DNA of 64,000 bases, from positions 792-64,791 of the forward strand of contig CAMVIN010000001.1 in assembly GCA_947167565.1 (NCBI GenBank), in the 5' to 3' direction. The notes beneath the pieces were generated by a model that searched no databases, had not been told where the DNA came from, and saw only the letters and a program-made list of their open reading frames with translations. Position 1 is the stretch's first letter, and each line of letters opens with the position of its first letter. The position numbers were made by a program, and so were the translations under genes. Origin of the DNA: an uncultured Clostridia bacterium. GTDB lineage: Bacteria > Bacillota > Clostridia > Lachnospirales > Lachnospiraceae. This document shows, piece after piece, positions 39,385-49,298 of the stretch.

Positions 39385-39571
39385 AAAAACAGGGGGATTG
39401 TGGATTCAGTAATTTTTTTCCATTACTTATTTAATCTCATATTTTCCACAAAATCGGTCACAATAACAAGGGAATTGTTGGTGTGTGTTTCACTGGCAGT
39501 TTCATGTAAATAACCGAGGTAATGCGAAGTGTGCCGAACAATTTCAGCGCAAAATCGCGGAAAGTGAGGAA

Positions 39572-40012
39572 ATGATGAGAAAACTTTTTTTGACAGGTTT
39601 GTTGGCCGGATGTCTTGCGTTTGCGTGTGTTGGCTGTGGAAGCAAGAATAACAGTGCAACCGAACCGACAGCAACGCCGGGAGCGACAGAGTATCCAACG
39701 GATTCTCCGGTGGCAACCAATACGCCGGATGTCGATGATGAGAATGACGACATGACAGATGATGTGGAAAACGGATTAGATGATGCAGCCGAAGGTGTCG
39801 GTGAAGGTGCCGGGGATGCAGTTCGCGGCGCCGGTGAAGGTGTAGAGAATGCAGCCGAAGGTGCCGGTGAAGGTGTAGAGAATGCAGCCGAAGGTGTCGG
39901 TGAAGGCGTGAAAGATGTTGTAGAAGGTGCCGGAGACGCAGTGGAGAATACGGTTGACGGCGTAAAAAATGCCACCGATAAGGTGACAAAAGATGACAAA
40001 AAGACTCGTTAA
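39572..40012 (+). CDS. Small lipoprotein with acidic Gly/Ala/Glu/Val repeats
   Basis: The ATG follows GAGGAA. The N-terminus MMRKLFLTGLLAGCLAFACVGCGS has a lipobox (VGC). The mature part carries repeats AAEG(V/A)GEG(A/V)... with an exact 11-aa duplication. Confidence 0.65.
   Translation: MMRKLFLTGLLAGCLAFACVGCGSKNNSATEPTATPGATEYPTDSPVATNTPDVDDENDDMTDDVENGLDDAAEGVGEGAGDAVRGAGEGVENAAEGAGEGVENAAEGVGEGVKDVVEGAGDAVENTVDGVKNATDKVTKDDKKTR
39830..39895 (+). repeat. Perfect 33-nt tandem duplication inside the lipoprotein gene
   Basis: GCCGGTGAAGGTGTAGAGAATGCAGCCGAAGGT occurs twice back to back (39830-39862 and 39863-39895). Confidence 0.9.
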
Positions 40013-40042
40013 AAGTGTAAGACCGGGGTTAGTGTGGGCTGT

Positions 40043-40909
40043 TTATAAAGCAGTCCTCCCTAATTCCTGTCCTTGTAGAATTTTGGTTTCGCAGTCAATT
40101 TGGGTATTCCTGAGCAAATCGCCTCTCGGTTGGACTGCATTTTTCTCTGTCAGCACGATAATAGTAGAACCTCCGTATTCAAAATAACCTTTTTCCGTGC
40201 CTTTTTTGACAGTAGCAACATTTTCGTGATTCGAAATTTTACCTACCAGAAGAGCACCCACTTCCATTTGGAGTACATCCCGGAATTGAACGGTATGAAT
40301 GATTGTGTACTCTCTTGTGTTTTCAATGTAAATAGGTGAATAATCGTTGGCAACCGGGTTGACCGTGTGAAAAATACCGTGAATTTTATAATTCTTTGTT
40401 TTTTTTCCGGAAGCTGCGTATACATAACGGTGATAGTCAGAGACTGTCAATCGAAGAATATAAGCATAACCGCCCCGGTATTTCTCTGCAAGGCTGGGGC
40501 TACGAAGCAGAGAGGCAATGGTATAGTTCGTATTTTTTATTGTAAAAATAGAATTGTCATTAATTGGATAAACGGTTGCCCTGCAGTCACAAGGACTAAT
40601 CAAAATATTTTTTTCAGTACAGACCGGACGATTTTCCGGCCTGATTTTTCTCGAAAAAAAATCATTAAATGATGTATAGGTGGTGGGAATATATTCATCC
40701 AAATCAATGTTACTATTCTTTAGAAAGGAGGGAATCAGATTCGTTGAGAGTGGCGTGGACAAAAATTTCCCGGCAATAATTGAGACCAAAGGATGCACCA
40801 AAGGCTTTAATAGTAGGCGACCGGGAACAGTAGTGTACAAAAAGGACAAAAGTTTGTCCTGTGCACTGCTTTCTTTTATTTTTCTGCCATCCAAATCAAT
40901 ATAATCCAT
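40043..40909 (-). CDS. psd: Phosphatidylserine decarboxylase proenzyme
   Basis: A 288-aa ORF. The self-cleavage region FEYGGSTIIV carries the G-S-T motif, and the overall Psd pattern includes LSPCD-like ISPCDCR. Confidence 0.85.
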   Translation of the reverse strand: MDYIDLDGRKIKESSAQDKLLSFLYTTVPGRLLLKPLVHPLVSIIAGKFLSTPLSTNLIPSFLKNSNIDLDEYIPTTYTSFNDFFSRKIRPENRPVCTEKNILISPCDCRATVYPINDNSIFTIKNTNYTIASLLRSPSLAEKYRGGYAYILRLTVSDYHRYVYAASGKKTKNYKIHGIFHTVNPVANDYSPIYIENTREYTIIHTVQFRDVLQMEVGALLVGKISNHENVATVKKGTEKGYFEYGGSTIIVLTEKNAVQPRGDLLRNTQIDCETKILQGQELGRTAL

Positions 40910-40930
40910 AACTCCTCCTAAGTTTTCTTA

Positions 40931-41563
40931 TCAAAGTACATGTAAAATGCGAAGCATAATTGTCAAAACAAAGAACATGAGAACAGCGATAACACTGTTG
41001 CTCGGTTTTTTGATTTTGAAATCCAGAATAAACAAAAATGCCACAACAAGAAGCATAACACCGAGTATGGTGGAAAAAACGTGGTTCGGCAATGGACGGA
41101 ACAGGTAAACAACCGGAAAAATAACAGAAATTGATGTGATAGGAAGTCCGTGAAAATATTTTGTTTTTTCTTGCTCACCGTTCTTTTCCGACTCTTCATG
41201 CTTCAATTCTTCTAAAGTATTAAAATAGGCAAGACGAATTACTCCGCACAGCACATATAGGATTTCTACGGCAATTCCCCAAGCTCGGCTCAGACCCATG
41301 TGATAACAGAGAATTGCAGGGGTCACACCAAAGCAAACCATATCACACAGGGAATCGATTTGAGTTCCAAAAATCATCATCTCTTTTGTACGGTTTTTCA
41401 TCGCACGGGCAATTTTGCCGTCAAATGTATCACAGGCACCTGCTAATGCAAGACAAAAAACAGACCACTCGAACAGACCATGGTTTGCCAATGCAATTCC
41501 CAAGAGGGAAAGTGCCACTCCGAGATATGTTACAATAACCGAACGGTTAAAAAATCCAATCAC
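40931..41563 (-). CDS. pssA: CDP-diacylglycerol--serine O-phosphatidyltransferase
   Basis: The CDP-alcohol phosphatidyltransferase motif is DTFDGKIAR...GTQIDSLCD (DGx2ARx8Gx3Dx3D). The 210-aa protein is multi-TM. Confidence 0.85.
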   Translation of the reverse strand: MIGFFNRSVIVTYLGVALSLLGIALANHGLFEWSVFCLALAGACDTFDGKIARAMKNRTKEMMIFGTQIDSLCDMVCFGVTPAILCYHMGLSRAWGIAVEILYVLCGVIRLAYFNTLEELKHEESEKNGEQEKTKYFHGLPITSISVIFPVVYLFRPLPNHVFSTILGVMLLVVAFLFILDFKIKKPSNSVIAVLMFFVLTIMLRILHVL

Positions 41564-42606
41564 GATAACCTTCCTTTCGACTTGTCAAGTGTTGTCAGGT
41601 GCAGTATCAGTGAAAATATTCCGCTGACAATGACAAGTACATAATAACTGAATCCGCGACTTACCAGGAGCGATGTTGTGGTGAGCATAGCACTTCCAAA
41701 AATTGGCGTGAAAATCAAAAGGTATAGATGCTCACTAATGCCAAGTCCTCCCGGAAATGGCAGCATATCAACAGAAATCGAAATGACTGCCTGTAGAATT
41801 AGCATGCGCACAAAACTTTCTCCGTGCAGTCCCAGTCCCCGGTATGCTACATAAGTCAGAGCAAAAAGGACAAGGCGCTGAATAATGGTGATAAGAGTTG
41901 TGTTAAAAATAGCCAGTTTATTGTTTTTTAAGTGGACGGACATAGTTTTGTAACGTTCCATAGACTGCTGCAGGCGCTCTTCGCGGTTGTTTTTTTCTTT
42001 CAGCAAATGAATCCGCTTGAGAAAATGGTATAGTTTTGTAATTAAATAACTTGCAGTGTCCGGAATAAACACCAAAAATGCCATAAGTCCAACAAAAACA
42101 GTGTTGAGTCCAATACCGAGGTAGAGGAAAAACTGTGCCTGCCCCGGCAGACTATGAATCAATGGGTGATCGAAAATGGCAAGTGCCAATCCAATCAGCA
42201 CAAGGACAAATTTGTATTCAATCGTCACGACCATAAGTACTATTGTTGCAGCAGGAATATGAATTCCCTTTTTTTTCATATAAAAAGCTTCCATCGGTTG
42301 ACCGCCTGATGCGGACGGCGTGATACAACTGTAGAAGAAATCTGTACAAGCATAACAAAAGGTATCCCAGAGTGACGAATGTATCTTTACGGTATGAAAC
42401 AAATATTTTATTATAACAGCCTCGCAGAACAAAAAGAGCAAAACCAGCCCAAAACCGGCGAGCAGATAGCCCGGTGGTATTTTTGAGAGCGAGTGAATAA
42501 TAACGCCTAAATCCTGATCTTTAAAAATGGCCCATATGGTAAGGGTAATCAGGGCAATGAGAAAAGTGGCGTTAAAAAAAATTTTTCTTGTTTTTTTACT
42601 CACCAA
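41560..42606 (-). CDS. Flippase-like membrane protein (lysyl-phosphatidylglycerol synthase TM-region / UPF0104 family)
   Basis: A 348-aa polytopic membrane protein with a family-like PFPGGLGISE motif. Its stop overlaps the pssA start by 4 nt. Confidence 0.6.
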   Translation of the reverse strand: MVSKKTRKIFFNATFLIALITLTIWAIFKDQDLGVIIHSLSKIPPGYLLAGFGLVLLFLFCEAVIIKYLFHTVKIHSSLWDTFCYACTDFFYSCITPSASGGQPMEAFYMKKKGIHIPAATIVLMVVTIEYKFVLVLIGLALAIFDHPLIHSLPGQAQFFLYLGIGLNTVFVGLMAFLVFIPDTASYLITKLYHFLKRIHLLKEKNNREERLQQSMERYKTMSVHLKNNKLAIFNTTLITIIQRLVLFALTYVAYRGLGLHGESFVRMLILQAVISISVDMLPFPGGLGISEHLYLLIFTPIFGSAMLTTTSLLVSRGFSYYVLVIVSGIFSLILHLTTLDKSKGRLS

Positions 42607-42753
42607 AAAACTCCTTACAAGTACATTTGTTTAAACACTTATCTTAAAGTGTACTATATTTTGAGGGAATTTGCAACTTATGATTGTGTTAAATCGTATT
42701 TTGTGTTAATATGAGCAATGGAAATGTTATGCAATTTTATTTGGAGGAAAAAA

Positions 42754-43602
42754 ATGGGCGCTTTTGATGTGTTAGTAGCAGTTATTCTTGGAATCGTGGA
42801 GGGAATTACGGAGTGGCTTCCGGTCAGCAGTACCGGGCACATGATTCTGGTCAATCAGTTTTTGCAGTTTTCAGATGAAAAATTTCAGGAGATGTTCCTG
42901 GTTGTTGTCCAGCTCGGTGCGATTATGGCAGTCGTTCTTCTGTTTTGGAACAAAATTTTTCCATTTAACTTTAAATATAAAAAGAGTAATGAGTCCTTTG
43001 TAAAATGGGATATTATGCAGCTCTGGTTTAAAATAATCATATCCTGCGTACCGGCTGTAATTGTGGGATTATTGTTTGATGACATCATAGATGAGATGTT
43101 TTACAACGCAGTTGTTGTGGCCGGTGCATTGATTATATATGGTATTTTGTTTATCATTATCGAAAACTGGAACAAAGGAAGACGACCGGCAGTTCGCCGT
43201 GTATCGGAAATCAGTTACAGCACGGCAGTGATTATCGGTATTTTTCAGGTTTTGGCTGCTATCGTGCCTGGAACCTCGCGTTCAGGAGCGACAATTATTG
43301 GCGCGCTCTTAATTGGCGTCAGCAGAGGTGTGGCAGCAGAATATACATTTTATCTGGCAGTCCCGGTTATGTTTGGAGCCAGCATCCTTAAGATTATCAA
43401 AGGCGGTCTGAGTTTTAGCGCGATGGGCTGGGTAACACTTCTTGTTGGTATGCTGGTAGCGTTTATCGTATCACTGTTTATTATTCGATTCATGATGAGT
43501 TACATACGCAAGCACGATTTCAAAGTGTTTGGATATTACCGAATCGTGCTTGGCGTGATTGTTCTTTTGTACTTTCTCATCAGCGGAGCAGCGGTGATTT
43601 AA
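42754..43602 (+). CDS. uppP: Undecaprenyl-diphosphate phosphatase
   Basis: The sequence GIVEGITEWLPVSSTGHM...PGTSRSGATI is canonical BacA/UppP. The ATG at 42754 follows GGAGGA; the ORF track starts at 42718. Confidence 0.92.
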   Translation: MGAFDVLVAVILGIVEGITEWLPVSSTGHMILVNQFLQFSDEKFQEMFLVVVQLGAIMAVVLLFWNKIFPFNFKYKKSNESFVKWDIMQLWFKIIISCVPAVIVGLLFDDIIDEMFYNAVVVAGALIIYGILFIIIENWNKGRRPAVRRVSEISYSTAVIIGIFQVLAAIVPGTSRSGATIIGALLIGVSRGVAAEYTFYLAVPVMFGASILKIIKGGLSFSAMGWVTLLVGMLVAFIVSLFIIRFMMSYIRKHDFKVFGYYRIVLGVIVLLYFLISGAAVI

Positions 43603-44171
43603 TAGGTTTCCAGACCAAAAAAGTCCAGCAGCCCCGCATAGATGGCATACGCAAATCGGTACTGCTCGGTGGCGAGGAGCATGGCATCTTCATAATTGGT
43701 AATATAAGCGAGTTCAATAAGTACGGCGGGCATTCTGGTCCGCCGTAATACATATAGCGAAGGTCGTGCAAAAGTTCCGTTGTTTTTGGTTCCCATGCGG
43801 CGGACGATTTCGCTCACAATTGTCTCGCCGAGATAAAAGGCCTCGGAACCGCTTTGGTAGACATAGCTTTCCGTTCCGTTGATGGCTGGATTTTCATTGG
43901 CATTGACGTGGATGCTGAGAAAATAATCGGCGTCCCAGCTATTTGCCATGTCCACACGTTGCTGTAGACTGGAGGCATTGCTGTAGCCGAGAATTTCATC
44001 CGGAGTTTTTCTTGAAGTCATGGCTTCAAAGCGTGAATCTGCATTTAGAATATCTGCTAAATACACGCCGACAAGATAAGTGATATCCTGTTCGCGAAGC
44101 CCGAACCCTTCCGCTCCGGCGTTGAACCCATAGGGATTGTGCCCCTGGTCAATAAAGATTCGGATTGGCAT
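43599..44171 (-). CDS. N-acetylmuramoyl-L-alanine amidase (Amidase_3 family)
   Basis: The pattern is IFIDQGHN...FLSIHVNA...ESYVY...LRRTRMPAVLIELAYITN. The ORF is 190 aa and has no signal peptide. Confidence 0.8.
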   Translation of the reverse strand: MPIRIFIDQGHNPYGFNAGAEGFGLREQDITYLVGVYLADILNADSRFEAMTSRKTPDEILGYSNASSLQQRVDMANSWDADYFLSIHVNANENPAINGTESYVYQSGSEAFYLGETIVSEIVRRMGTKNNGTFARPSLYVLRRTRMPAVLIELAYITNYEDAMLLATEQYRFAYAIYAGLLDFFGLETY

Positions 44172-44221
44172 ATAGAACTCCTTGTTTCAGTTAATAGTTT
44201 AGATATATTTTATGCAGAGGA

Positions 44222-44926
44222 ATGATGAGTGTGATGAGGTTGGATAAATATCTGGCGACATATGCCGGGCTGAGCCGTAAGGAGGCAAAAGCGGCAGTGA
44301 AGAGCGGACGGGTGCAGGTGGATGGACGGACGGCAGAAAAATTTGATGAGAAGATTCAGAAAAATGCTGTTGTGTATCTGAATCAGAAATTGATTGTGGT
44401 GGAGGAACACATTTATCTTATGTTAAATAAACCGGCCGGTGTCGTGTCCGCGACAAGAGACGACAGAGAGCGGACGGTTGTTGATTTGGTTGACTGCGCC
44501 GGGAGAGAACTTTTTCCTGTGGGAAGACTTGACAAAGATGCGGAGGGGCTTCTGCTTCTGACCGATGACGGGGCACTTGCCCACCGTCTCCTCTCGCCGA
44601 AATATCATGTCAAAAAGTGTTATTATGTGAGGTATGAGGGCGTATTGTCGGAAGATGCAGCAGAATTGTTCCGGCAGGGAGTGGATATCGGAGAGAAAAA
44701 AAACACACTGCCCGCCGAATTGGAAGTATTAGGTGATGGACAGGCAAAACTGACAATATCTGAGGGGAAATTTCACCAGGTAAAGAGAATGATTGCGAAG
44801 GTGGGGGGCAGAGTTACTGCGTTGAAGAGACTGACAATGGGGAACCTTGTTTTGGACGATAATCTTGCACCGGGGGAATATCGGAGATTGACAAAAGCGG
44901 AGATTGATGATTTGGCCGGACAGTAA
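44222..44926 (+). CDS. rsuA: 16S rRNA pseudouridine synthase (RsuA family)
   Basis: An S4 domain (MRLDKYLATYAGLSRKEAKAAVKSGRVQVDG) is followed by the catalytic motif GRLDKDAEGLLLLTDDG. The start could also be ATG 44234. Confidence 0.85.
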   Translation: MMSVMRLDKYLATYAGLSRKEAKAAVKSGRVQVDGRTAEKFDEKIQKNAVVYLNQKLIVVEEHIYLMLNKPAGVVSATRDDRERTVVDLVDCAGRELFPVGRLDKDAEGLLLLTDDGALAHRLLSPKYHVKKCYYVRYEGVLSEDAAELFRQGVDIGEKKNTLPAELEVLGDGQAKLTISEGKFHQVKRMIAKVGGRVTALKRLTMGNLVLDDNLAPGEYRRLTKAEIDDLAGQ

Positions 44927-44962
44927 AAGTGGTAGAGAAAACTACCAAATGTGGAGGTAACA

Positions 44963-45589
44963 ATGGCGAAGAAAAAATATTATGTAGTAAAAAAAGGAAA
45001 GACTCCGGGAATTTATTTTAGCTGGGATGACTGCAAGGCTCAAGTCGATGGATTTGCGGGAGCAGAATATAAGGGATTTGTGACTCTGAGAGAGGCGGAA
45101 GAATATCTGGGGGGAGAAATGAGCGCCGTGAACGGAGAGAACACAGCTTCTCCTCTTACGGAGTTGGCCGCGGGAGAGGCGGTTGCCTATGTGGATGGCA
45201 GTTATAATGTAAAGACAGGGGAGTACAGTTGTGGAATTGTTTTCTTTTTTGGAGGCGAAGAACTTCATTTGAGCCGGAAAGGGGAGAGCGAGGAACTTGC
45301 TGAGATGCGGAATGTTGCCGGAGAGATTCTGGGCGCTGAGATTGCCATGAAAGAGGCGGTGAAGCGGGGGGCAGAAAAACTAATCATCTACCATGATTAT
45401 CAGGGGATTTCTTCCTGGTGTCTCGGTGAGTGGAAGACAAACAAAGAGGGAACCAAAGCCTATAAAGCATTCTTCGATTCCCTGCAGGGCACACTCGATG
45501 TGTCATTTCGAAAAGTCAAGGGACATTCCGGGGATAAGTGGAATGACCTGGCGGATGAATTGGCAAAGAGTGAGATTTTTAATTCGTAA
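44963..45589 (+). CDS. rnhA: Ribonuclease HI with an N-terminal hybrid-binding (viroplasmin-like) domain
   Basis: The N-terminus KKYYVVKKGKTPGIYFSWDDCKAQVDGFAGAEYKGFVTLREAEEYL is followed by the RNase H acidic residues (YVDGS, AGEILGA, YHDYQG, NDLADELA). The ATG at 44963 follows GGAGG. Confidence 0.8.
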   Translation: MAKKKYYVVKKGKTPGIYFSWDDCKAQVDGFAGAEYKGFVTLREAEEYLGGEMSAVNGENTASPLTELAAGEAVAYVDGSYNVKTGEYSCGIVFFFGGEELHLSRKGESEELAEMRNVAGEILGAEIAMKEAVKRGAEKLIIYHDYQGISSWCLGEWKTNKEGTKAYKAFFDSLQGTLDVSFRKVKGHSGDKWNDLADELAKSEIFNS

Positions 45590-47618
45590 AATACTCACAA
45601 AAATACATCTGTGAATTCAGTGGCTTTTTGCCGCGCTGGTCCACTTTCTCGTAAGTGTTATTCTTGCCGAGAATGTGGGCTTTTTTTGTGTCGGCGAGTT
45701 GGATTTTCAGAATGTGGATAATCTCCTTTTTTAAATCCTCTGCCTCAACCGGAAACAGAATCTCAATTCGCTTGTCGAGATTTCTTGGCATCCAGTCTGC
45801 ACTTCCCATATAAATTTGAGGATTCCCGTTGTTTTCAAAGTAAAAAATGCGAGCGTGCTCCAAAAAGGTGCCGACAATAGAGCGGACATGGATGTTTTCG
45901 CTGAGCCCCGGCACTTCGGCGCGCAGGCAGCAGATGCCGCGGACAATAAGCTCAATCTCTACTCCGGCAGCAGAGGCATCATATAACGCCTCAATAATAC
46001 CCGGATCACAGAGAGAATTCATCTTGGCGATAATTTTTGCAGGGCGGCCTTTGACGGCGTTCTCGCGCTCTCTGTTAATGAAAAAGAGGAATTTGTCACG
46101 AAGCCAGTTCGGAGCCAGAGATAATTTGTTCCAGCCCAGAGGCTCCGAATACCCTGACAGCATGTTGAACACGGCAGTTGCGTCCTCGCCGTAAGGCCGT
46201 TTGCAAGTGAACATGCCCATGTCTGTATAGAGTTTTGCGGTAGAGTCGTTGTAGTTGCCTGTCCCGAGATGGACGTAGCGTCGAATGCCGTCCTCTTCGC
46301 GTCGAACGACCAGTGTAATTTTGCTGTGCGTTTTTAATCCGACAAGGCCATAAATAACGTGGCATCCGGATTTTTCCAGTTTTCTTGCCCATACAATATT
46401 ATTCTCTTCGTCAAAACGCGCTTTTAATTCCACGAGAACTGAGACTTGCTTTCCGTTTTCTGCCGCCTCAGCGAGAGAAGCAATAATGGGAGAATTACTG
46501 CTGACGCGGTACAAGGTCTGCTTGATAGCGAGAACGTTCGGATCTTTCGCTGCTGTGCGGACAAAATTGACAACCGGATCAAAGGACTCATATGGATGGT
46601 ATAATAGAATGTCGCGCTCGCGAATCTGCTCAAACAGTCCACGTTCCGGATCAATCATTTTTGGCTGCTGTGGGGTAAACGGCTTATCTTTGAGCCGTTC
46701 AAAGCCCTCCAAGCCATATACCTTCATAAGAAACGTGAGGTCAAGGGGACCGCTGACACGGTAGATGGCCTCATCCTCTACCGCCAGTTCTTTTTTTAGA
46801 ATTTTGCGAAGACGTTTGTCCATGGAATCTTCAATTTCCAAGCGAATTGCCTCGCCCCACTGGCGTTTCTTGAGCTGTTTTTCAATTTCAATCAAAAGGT
46901 CGGCAGCTTCATCTTCGTCAATATCGAGATCTGCGTTGCGCATGACACGGAACGGTGCGGCACACAGCACTTTGTAGTTCATAAAAAGTTTTTGTATATT
47001 TTTTTCGATAATCTGTTCCAGTAAAAGAATGGTTGTACAGCCATCTTCGTCCGAGGGAATCGTGACAAAGCGAGGCAGCACAGACGGAACTTGAACCGTG
47101 GCAAAATCAATGGTATCTTTCTTTTTTTTGTCAGCCAAAAGCGCAGCAATATTCAGTGTTTTGTTGCGAATCAGCGGAAATGGGCGGGAAGAGTCCACTG
47201 CCATCGGAGTTAATACCGGAAAGACCTCTTGCTGAAAATAAGAGTCCACGTAGTCAGACTGTTCCTGCGTGAGATTCTCGTGAGCGGTAATAATTTTCAG
47301 TCCCTCTTTTTTTAGGGCAGGCAAAAGAGAGCGGTTCAATGTAGAATATTGTGCCAGCATAAAATCATGTGCTTTCTTTTGAATCGCGTCAATCTGTTCA
47401 GACGCTGTCATGCCGGCAATGTCCCGTTTGCTGTAGCCTGCATTTACCTGGTCTTTCAGAGAGGCGACACGAATCATGAAAAACTCATCCAGATTGGATG
47501 CCGTAATACTTAAAAATTTTAGGCGTTCCATCAGAGGGATCGTTTTGTCCCTTGCCTCAGACAGACATCGCCCGTTAAAATCCAGCCAGCTCAATTCTCT
47601 ATTTGTAAATTTTTCCAT
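45579..47618 (-). CDS. ppk1: Polyphosphate kinase 1
   Basis: A ~679-aa ORF with NRELSWLDFNGRCLSEA, the phospho-His region LKTHSKITLVVR, and two PLD-like C-terminal domains. The ATG at 47618 follows AAGGGAGG; the ORF track starts at 47693. Confidence 0.93.
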   Translation of the reverse strand: MEKFTNRELSWLDFNGRCLSEARDKTIPLMERLKFLSITASNLDEFFMIRVASLKDQVNAGYSKRDIAGMTASEQIDAIQKKAHDFMLAQYSTLNRSLLPALKKEGLKIITAHENLTQEQSDYVDSYFQQEVFPVLTPMAVDSSRPFPLIRNKTLNIAALLADKKKKDTIDFATVQVPSVLPRFVTIPSDEDGCTTILLLEQIIEKNIQKLFMNYKVLCAAPFRVMRNADLDIDEDEAADLLIEIEKQLKKRQWGEAIRLEIEDSMDKRLRKILKKELAVEDEAIYRVSGPLDLTFLMKVYGLEGFERLKDKPFTPQQPKMIDPERGLFEQIRERDILLYHPYESFDPVVNFVRTAAKDPNVLAIKQTLYRVSSNSPIIASLAEAAENGKQVSVLVELKARFDEENNIVWARKLEKSGCHVIYGLVGLKTHSKITLVVRREEDGIRRYVHLGTGNYNDSTAKLYTDMGMFTCKRPYGEDATAVFNMLSGYSEPLGWNKLSLAPNWLRDKFLFFINRERENAVKGRPAKIIAKMNSLCDPGIIEALYDASAAGVEIELIVRGICCLRAEVPGLSENIHVRSIVGTFLEHARIFYFENNGNPQIYMGSADWMPRNLDKRIEILFPVEAEDLKKEIIHILKIQLADTKKAHILGKNNTYEKVDQRGKKPLNSQMYFCEYFTN

Positions 47619-47631
47619 TGTGTTACCTCCC

Positions 47632-49146
47632 TTACCTTCCGGTCCGTTTTTGGCGGAGAATTGGACGAATTCCAAATACCTCCTGAAATACATTTGCCTT
47701 GTCGTGGAATAATCCCTTTTCTAACGTGATGTCTGCCATTGTGTCAGCCGTGATTGTGAGAATTCCATCTTCGAGTGCTACTCCGACATTTTTTATCTTT
47801 TGACGATTGCTCTTATCGAGTACATTCGCCGTCTTTAGAATCGCATTTAATTTCACTATTGTGATATAGTCCTCGCGTGTGAATTCATCCGCCAGTTCTG
47901 TGTAGTCAGGAAAAGAATCCTTGTTGTAGCGGACGACATTGGCGATTATTGCGCGCTCTTTGTGGGAGATGCCGATGATTTCCGTAGACATAATGATACG
48001 GTAGGAACATTCCCGGGACTGAAGCTCGTTAATATAAGTGCCGCAACTGTGGAGAATCACGCTAATTTGCAGAAGCAGACGTTCTCTTTTTCCGAGACCG
48101 TGAAGTTTGCGTATTCTGTCAAAAATCTGCAAGGCGAGTGTCTGAACATTTTCGATATGGTTCATGTCTGATTTGTATTTTTGGGCAATATGCTCTGCAC
48201 TTGAAAGGATATCCTGAACGAAATCATGTCCCAGTTTGAATTTGACTTTTTTCTCTGCAAAATCGGCAGACATTCCATCGCTCAAATCAATGCAGGACAT
48301 AGAGAGGTCATCGCAGGACGTCAGACGTGATATTTTTCGACAGATGAGTACTGTCGGCAAGAACAGTGCAGCTTTTTCACTTCCGGAAAAAAGTTCTTTA
48401 GGAAGTTTTTTACGATTCAGTAATTTCTTTGATACATGCCCGTCAAAGTCGGGATTTTGACTTTTTAAATAGTAATAAATATCCGGTATCATTTCGCCGA
48501 TGACAATGATGTGATGGATTTCAATGTTGTTCAGGTATAAGCGTTTGAACAGTACCAGATCTTTTTCAATGTATTCATCGATTAAAGCATTAAAATCATA
48601 GGCCTCTTCCTGTACGACAATAAGAAGTTCGCGGATTCGTGCTGAGCCTAACCGTAAATTCTGTGTGGCAGTGAGTTTGCCTGACTGGAAAATCGACAAC
48701 TGTACACTCCCGGCATCAATATCCACTAAAAGTGTAGTGTCATGAGTCAGTAGATTAAATACATTGGTTTCCAGTGTTAGAGCTTTATAATACAAAAAGC
48801 GTGCTTCGCTGTTGCTGATGACTTTTACTTTGAAGCCGGTCTGTACTTTAATCTGGTCGATTACGACAAAAGAATTCTGTGTTTCGCGAAGTTCACTTGT
48901 GACATACACCTGTTCGGAATCAACATCAAAACCGGCCATAATCCGCTTGAAATCATTGAGTGTGGAACAGATTTCACTGACAGTCTGATATGAGATGAAC
49001 TCTTTGCGGTAAGTCTCCGTGAAGAGGGATAATTTCCGGCGCACATGCGTGAGTTCACGGATTCCATACTGTTTGGAAATCTCATAAATTTTCATCGACA
49101 GGTCATTGGAATTGATGTTGATGGCCGCATAAATTGAATTTGCCAT
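47632..49146 (-). CDS. ppx: Exopolyphosphatase / Ppx-GppA family phosphatase
   Basis: A ~504-aa ORF. It has an ASKHA-fold N-terminus (IYAAININSNDLSMKIYEI) and an HD-like C-terminal half. It lies 13 nt upstream of ppk1 on the same strand. Confidence 0.8.
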   Translation of the reverse strand: MANSIYAAININSNDLSMKIYEISKQYGIRELTHVRRKLSLFTETYRKEFISYQTVSEICSTLNDFKRIMAGFDVDSEQVYVTSELRETQNSFVVIDQIKVQTGFKVKVISNSEARFLYYKALTLETNVFNLLTHDTTLLVDIDAGSVQLSIFQSGKLTATQNLRLGSARIRELLIVVQEEAYDFNALIDEYIEKDLVLFKRLYLNNIEIHHIIVIGEMIPDIYYYLKSQNPDFDGHVSKKLLNRKKLPKELFSGSEKAALFLPTVLICRKISRLTSCDDLSMSCIDLSDGMSADFAEKKVKFKLGHDFVQDILSSAEHIAQKYKSDMNHIENVQTLALQIFDRIRKLHGLGKRERLLLQISVILHSCGTYINELQSRECSYRIIMSTEIIGISHKERAIIANVVRYNKDSFPDYTELADEFTREDYITIVKLNAILKTANVLDKSNRQKIKNVGVALEDGILTITADTMADITLEKGLFHDKANVFQEVFGIRPILRQKRTGR

Positions 49147-49298
49147 AGTCACCCCATTTCTGCGCCCTCTGCCGGCGCCGTTAATTCTAATCTTATTGTA
49201 CACCGTTTTGGAGGAAAAAACCAGTCATTATTGACGATATTTTTAAATAATGGTACACTATATGAAACCGATTGTTTTAAGGAAAGGTGGCATCAGAG

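Noticed and set aside
39423-39999. Two long minus-strand ORFs (188 aa, His/Arg/Leu-rich; 151 aa, Pro/Ser/Thr/Ala-rich) opposite the repeat lipoprotein gene.
   Set aside because: They are artefacts of the GC-rich GGTGAAGGTG-type repeats, which lack stop codons in several frames. The plus-strand frame has an SD sequence, an ATG and a clean lipoprotein signal peptide.
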